Origin: Thermoanaerobaculia bacterium
Lineage (GTDB): Bacteria; Acidobacteriota; Thermoanaerobaculia; UBA5066
Direction: 5' to 3'
NCBI GenBank assembly: GCA_963816185.1
Contig: CAWFJJ010000028.1
Coordinates: forward strand, 64,001 to 128,000
Length of the DNA stretch: 64,000 bases
The notes beneath the pieces were generated by a model. It saw only the letters and a program-made list of their open reading frames with translations, was not told where the DNA came from and did not search any database. This document shows, piece after piece, positions 59,057 to 64,000 of the stretch. Position numbers and translations under genes: made by a program. How positions within the stretch are numbered: position 1 is the first letter of the stretch; each line of letters starts with the position of its first letter.

Positions 59057-61382
59057 ATGCCAAGCACGTGTTTCAAGGGGAGGCGGATCGCGCTCCTGAG
59101 CCGCGCGTGCAGCAGTCCTGTCTTCGCCATGGCCTTGCTCGTCGGCCTTCCGTCGGCCGCGGTTCGCGCCGCCGAGAATCCCTATTCCATCCTTCACTCG
59201 TTCCAGGGCGGGGAGAGCAACCCTCTGAATCTGACATCGGATGGCCGTCAGGGCCGACGGCACAGGATTCCAGCGCCTTCACGCGTTTTCCGGCGCGAAT
59301 GACGGCCGCATTCCAGCGTCCACTCTGATTCTCGACGGCTTCGGGCACCTCTTCGGAACGGCGGGCGGTGGTGCTGCGGGCGGCGGTACCCTCTTTTCGA
59401 TCGGTATAGATGGGGGCTTTCAGGTTCTGCACGCGTTTGCGGGTGGCGTGAGCGACGGAAGCTCTCCAGGATCGCTCACCCTGGGCGACTCGGGGACGCT
59501 GTACGGAACGACCGGCGCCGGAGGGTCGTCCGACTTCGGCACGGTCTTCAGGCTCAGGACGGACGGGACTCGCTTCGAGATCCTTCACTCTTTCGCGGGC
59601 GGCGCGAGCGACGGAAGACTCCCGGACGACGTGCTTCTTCTGGACGACTCGGGCAACCTCTACGGCACGACGGGAGCGGGAGGCCAGCCGCCTATCGTTT
59701 CCTTCGGGAGCATCGACGACGGCGCCGGTACTATCTTCCGGATCAAGACGGACGGAACGGGCTACCAGCTCCTTCGGGCGTTTCCGTCCGGCACGAGGTA
59801 CGCGGCCTCTGCCTCTCCCTCTGGTCCCCTCGTCACGGACGGATCAGGGAACCTGTACGGGGTGACATACGGCGGGGGCTCGTCAAACAGCGGGACCGTG
59901 TACCGGATCGGGATGAATGGCTCAGATTTTCTGATCCTCCACTCGTTCTCCGGAGGCTCGATCGACGGCAAGTATCCGGTCGGACGTCTGGCACTCGATC
60001 GACTGGGGAATCTCTTTGGGATGACGCAAGGCGATTCTGCTGGCGTCCCGGCGACCATCTTCACGGTCGGAACGGACGGGACCGGCTTCCAGCTCCTGCA
60101 CACCTTTGGCGATCCGAACGAGGGGCTCTCGCCTGCGGGTTCCCTGATCCTGGATGGCCCAGGAACGCTTTTCGGAGCGATGTCCTACGGAGGCACGACG
60201 AAGGCGGGCACCATCTTCAGCGTCAAGACCGACGGAAGCGTCTTTCGGGTTCGGTATACGTTCGTGGGATTCTTGAACGACGGCAAAAGCCCGGGGGCCG
60301 TGATCTCGGACGGCTCGGGTTACGTCTACGGAGTGTCCTTTGGGGGTCTTTCGGACTCGGGTACCGTCTACAGGATCAGGTCGGATGGCACCGGCTTCCA
60401 GCTTCTGCACTCGTTCGCCGACGAAACGGGTTGGCCGTCTACGCCCCTGATCATGGGCCGCGCGGGGAACCTCTACGGGATGACGAGCGGAAGTCCGTCG
60501 AGCTTCGGCACCATCTTCAAAATGAGGACGGACGGGACCGGCTTCCAGACCCTCCACACCTTCCTCGGTGACCCAAGTGACGGTAACTACCCTGACCGGG
60601 CTCTGGTCCTGGACGACGCGGACAACCTGTACGGGACGACGCCCCGCGGAGGAACTTACGACCTGGGCACCATCTTCACGCTGAAGGCGGACGGGACCGA
60701 ATACCGGCTTCTTCACTCGTTCGGGTCCGCGCCTGTCTCGAGCGAATGGGGGGGCACGTTGCCTTCTTCCCTGCTCCTGGACGGCTCGGGAGGTCTCCTC
60801 GGGACGACAGCGTTCGCGGGGCCGGGGAACCGCGGCATCGTCTTCAAGCTGAAAACAGACGGCACAGGCTTCGACGTCCTGCACGCGTTCACCGATGGTA
60901 CGGACGATGGATCGGAGCCGCTGAGCTCACTCACCGTGGACGGGGCTGGGAACATATATGGAACCACGAGCCTCGGCGGTTCGTCGAACGCCGGCACCCT
61001 CTTCAAGATGAAGACTGACGGGACGAGCTTTCAGCTGCTGCACTCGTTCGCCTACACCAGCGACGGGTCCATCCCCAGTGTGCCGGTGATCCTGGACGGG
61101 CGCGGCAACCTCTACGGAACGGCATGGACCGGGGGACCGTCAGGCCTCGGAACAGTCTTCACGGTGAGAGCGGACGGGACCGGCTTTCAGATCCTGCACG
61201 CGTTCGGTGGCGACGAGAGCGACGGACAGAATCCGGTCTCGCTTTTCCTGGAATCAGGGACCCTTTTTGGAACGACATCGGGTGGAGGCGCTGGCGGCCT
61301 CGGCACCGTATTCGCACTTGGAGTTGGCGTGCATCGCGGGGTCGTCACGCCCGGGCCTTTCGTCCCAGTGAGGAAACGATGA
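59057..61382 (+). CDS. Secreted tandem-repeat beta-propeller protein (GloVer-like repeats), frame break near 59243
   Basis: Signal-like N-terminus in ORF 59057; about 14 repeats of LH[SAT]F...G.LYG.T..GG...GT[VI]F...DG. Confidence 0.8.
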
Positions 61383-61405
61383 ATCCGCCTCGCGCTCGGC
61401 AACTC

Positions 61406-61822
61406 TCACCCGGGTTCCCACGGGTCGAGGATTTCGAGCCCGGGGAAGGAGTAGTCCGCTCGGTTGCGGGTGACGAGCCGCAGCCCGTGGACGAGCGCGG
61501 TCGCCGCGATGAGCGAGTCGACGGCGGGTACTGTTCGGCCCGCTGCTGCGACGAGCCTACCCCACTGGTCCGCGACCGCGGTGTCGACGGGAAGAATGCG
61601 ACCCTCGAACCAGGCGGGAATCTCCGACTCGAGCCAGTCACGGAGGCTGTCTTTTCGCGCTCCACTATGGAGCTTTTCTATCCCTTTCCTGATCTCACCG
61701 AGTGTGAGCACGCTGACGAAGAGAGAGAGTCCTCCGGCTGACTTGAGCCAGCGAACGACACCCTCATCCGGCCGCGGACGAGTCGCCTCGGAGATGACGT
61801 TCGTGTCTACCAGGAAGCTCAT
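61406..61822 (-). CDS. vapC: VapC/FitB PIN-domain toxin
   Basis: LVDTNVISE, TLGEIRKG, DSLIAATA, LVTRN..D. Confidence 0.92.
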   Translation of the reverse strand: MSFLVDTNVISEATRPRPDEGVVRWLKSAGGLSLFVSVLTLGEIRKGIEKLHSGARKDSLRDWLESEIPAWFEGRILPVDTAVADQWGRLVAAAGRTVPAVDSLIAATALVHGLRLVTRNRADYSFPGLEILDPWEPG

Positions 61823-62067
61823 AGCTCGATATCGCGCGCGGGCGACTTGTCGCGCTCGAGATCGAGATCCGCTCCGACGAGCGGAGACCTCCTAAGAAAC
61901 TCGTAGAGAGAAAGCTGTTTCCTTTTCTTCAGCCGCTCGTACTCGGCGATCGAAAGCACGACGGCCGCCGGCTCACCGCGGACGCTGATCTCCTGCGGCG
62001 CCTCTCGGGCCGACTTGACGACTTCGCTGAGCCGGGCCTTCGCTTCCTGGAGCTGCCAACGTCGCAT
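61819..62067 (-). CDS. Phd/YefM antitoxin
   Basis: WQLQEAKARLSEVV...PQEISVRG. Confidence 0.92.
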   Translation of the reverse strand: MRRWQLQEAKARLSEVVKSAREAPQEISVRGEPAAVVLSIAEYERLKKRKQLSLYEFLRRSPLVGADLDLERDKSPARDIEL

Positions 62068-62078
62068 GGGGGACCTCC

Positions 62079-62126
62079 GACTAGTCCGTCTAGTCAGAGG
62101 CTATCTCCCGCAAAGGGCGGCGTCAA
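62079..62126 (-). promoter_or_regulatory. TA promoter TTGACG-N17-TAGCCT and operator GACTAG-N5-CTAGTC
   Basis: -35 at 62126-62121, -10 at 62103-62098; palindrome 62079-62095. Confidence 0.65.
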
Positions 62127-62133
62127 TTCCTCG

Positions 62134-62487
62134 TCAACCGACGCCCTTCTTCGCGTCTTCGCTCGCACCTGGCAGCAGGCCGTGCAGGTCGCAGTGGCCG
62201 GCGTGCGGGTGGTGGAGGGCGCCCGCGACGTCGTAATCCACGTGGTCGCCGTGGGGCACTCCCTCGTGCCCGCAGGTGGGCCCGTGCGTCTCCCCGCACT
62301 CGACGGGCGCGCAACAGCCCGGGCGCGTGTGATCCACCTCGAGCCGGTGCTCGTCGAGGTGGCCCTCATGGGGTGCGTGCAGGTGTCCGTCGTGGAGATA
62401 GTCCGCGTGGTCGCCGTGGCGCACGGCCTTGTGGCCGCAGCTCGGCCCGTGCTCGTGTTCGTGGCGGTGGTGCTCACGGCAGGGCAC
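62134..62487 (-). CDS. His/Cys-rich putative metal-binding protein
   Basis: Two repeats HGPxCGHxxVxHGDHxDY..G.LH.PH.GH; GGAGG RBS. Confidence 0.8.
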   Translation of the reverse strand: MPCREHHRHEHEHGPSCGHKAVRHGDHADYLHDGHLHAPHEGHLDEHRLEVDHTRPGCCAPVECGETHGPTCGHEGVPHGDHVDYDVAGALHHPHAGHCDLHGLLPGASEDAKKGVG

Positions 62488-62554
62488 GACAGGCCTCCCC
62501 GCATATCCTCGCGCGCCGGAACGCGCGGGTCAACCGTGGGATAATTTTTTTCGG

Positions 62555-63436
62555 ATGCAGAAATTCTCGCGGGTTCTGCTCGCCGTCTGCCTCGGCGCGG
62601 CGGCGGCGCGGGGAGAGCCCGCTTCGGGACGGTGGGTGGCGGCGGCGACGATCGCTCCCCTCGCGAGCCTCGCGGCGACGGTCGCGGGGCCGGGCTGGGA
62701 GGTCCGGACCGTCATTCCGCCGGGCGTGTCTCCCCACGTCTTCGAGCCGGCACCGCGCGACGTCAAGCGCTTCGCCCCGGCTCGCCTCCTCGTCACCGTG
62801 GGCGCGGGCTACGACGACTGGGCCGGAAAGCTCGTCGCCGCGTGCGCGTCGCGTGCCCTGATCCACGACGCTGGAGCCTCCGTGGGAATCCTTGCGGGCG
62901 GGGAGGAGCACGAAGGCGAGATCGGGCGCGATCCGCACTGGTGGCTGTCTCCGAAGCTCGCCGGGCGCTCGCTCGCGCCGCTGGCGGAGAGTTTCGCGAC
63001 CCTCGATCCGGGCGGAGCGGCCGGCTATCGGAGGCGTGCCCGCGACGAACAGGCCGCGCTTCTCGCTCTCGAGGGCGAGCTGTCCGCGCTGCTCGCTCCG
63101 GTGAAGGGACGGCCGATCGTCGCCGCGCACAACTCGTGGGCGTACTTCGCGGCCGACTTCGGCCTCGAGAACGGCGGCGCGATCGAGACGGTGCCGGGCC
63201 GCGAGCCGACTCCACGAGACATCAAGAGGCTTCTGGACCTCATCCGGGTCCGCGACGTCCGGGTCGTCTTCGCAGAACCGCAATTCCCGCTGCCTGCCGC
63301 GCGCATCCTGGCCTCTTACGCGGGAATTCGTGTCGCCCTCGTGGATCCGATCGGAGGGGTACCGGGACGCCTGGACTATATCGCCACCTTGTTGTTCGAC
63401 GCGCACGCATTCCGCGACGGCCTCGGCACGCCATGA
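62555..63436 (+). CDS. znuA: Zn/Mn ABC substrate-binding protein
   Basis: Signal peptide; SPHVFEP, DPHWWLSP, AHNSWAYF. Confidence 0.88.
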   Translation: MQKFSRVLLAVCLGAAAARGEPASGRWVAAATIAPLASLAATVAGPGWEVRTVIPPGVSPHVFEPAPRDVKRFAPARLLVTVGAGYDDWAGKLVAACASRALIHDAGASVGILAGGEEHEGEIGRDPHWWLSPKLAGRSLAPLAESFATLDPGGAAGYRRRARDEQAALLALEGELSALLAPVKGRPIVAAHNSWAYFAADFGLENGGAIETVPGREPTPRDIKRLLDLIRVRDVRVVFAEPQFPLPAARILASYAGIRVALVDPIGGVPGRLDYIATLLFDAHAFRDGLGTP

Positions 63437-64000
63437 GCGTCGGCGCGCGCTTCGAGGGCGTGGGTGTGACGTTCGGAGGCAGGCCGGTCGTCGAGGGAGC
63501 CGCCTTCGAAATCCGCCCGGGCGAGCGCACGGCGATCCTCGGGCCGAACGGCGGTGGCAAGACGACGCTCATGCGCGTTCTCCTTGGACTTCTCGAGCCG
63601 GATCGGGGCCGAGTCGTCTTCCTCGAGAACGGCCGGGACATCGCGCGCCCGCGCATCGGCTACCTCTCGCAGCGCTCGACGCTCACCGCGGATGCGCCGC
63701 TGTCGGGATGCGACCTCGTCGCTCTGACCCTCGCGCCCGCCGCCGGCTTTCGGCGGCTTCGCGGAGTTCGGGAAGAGGCGCACGCGGCGCTGACGCGCGC
63801 GGGACTCCCTCGCGACAAGGTGGATCTGCCGGTCGGGCGCCTTTCGGGAGGACAGCGCCAGAGGGTCCTTCTCGCGCGTGCGATCGCCGGCGCGCCGCCT
63901 CTTCTCGTCCTCGACGAGCCCGACACGGCTCTCGACGCCGAAGGTCTCGCGACCCTCCGGCGGCTCGTGGCCGAGGAGATCGCCGCGGGACGGACGGTCG
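63433..64000 (+). CDS. znuC: Metal ABC ATPase (3' partial)
   Basis: GPNGGGKTT, LSGGQRQRVLLARA, LDEP; ATGA overlap with znuA. Confidence 0.85.
   Translation, partial: MSVGARFEGVGVTFGGRPVVEGAAFEIRPGERTAILGPNGGGKTTLMRVLLGLLEPDRGRVVFLENGRDIARPRIGYLSQRSTLTADAPLSGCDLVALTLAPAAGFRRLRGVREEAHAALTRAGLPRDKVDLPVGRLSGGQRQRVLLARAIAGAPPLLVLDEPDTALDAEGLATLRRLVAEEIAAGRTV

Noticed and set aside
61888-61935. CTCCTAAGAAAC and a CT tract in the antitoxin gene as another motif copy; similar weak hits at 14113, 14376 and 50422
   Set aside because: Too degenerate and without a clear partner arm; needs PWM scoring.

Overview
High-GC (about 70% by eye), densely coding bacterial DNA. Gene content resembles Acidobacteriota (Thermoanaerobaculia-like; inference only). 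In order, it holds an Hsp20/TPR-Lon-protease locus, TetR-GT1, tRNA-Arg(CCT), ArnT/LPS kinase, an ECF sigma/anti-sigma/Spy operon and a nucleoside ABC transporter. Next come fadD, arcC, xfp-ackA, RND efflux, a FadR-fadI-fadJ-fadE beta-oxidation operon and a peroxiredoxin with a histone-like tail. The last part has nucleoside salvage genes, two VapBC modules, a Ser/Thr kinase, ABC-F, cinA-plsY-gpsA, a beta-propeller repeat protein and a znu locus. Several genes carry small frameshifts that look like assembly indels. The strongest unexplained signal is an AT-rich motif, TTTCTT(A/C)GAAGG(T/G)GAA. It occurs at about 12 loci, ten of them as inward-pointing inverted pairs 47-172 bp apart, often with GA-rich tracts outside the left arm and CT-rich tracts outside the right arm. 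The pairs lie inside conserved coding sequence and force recurring peptides (FLEGE, PSKK) into unrelated proteins. Their interiors are not conserved between copies, so they are not an ordinary MITE or REP.
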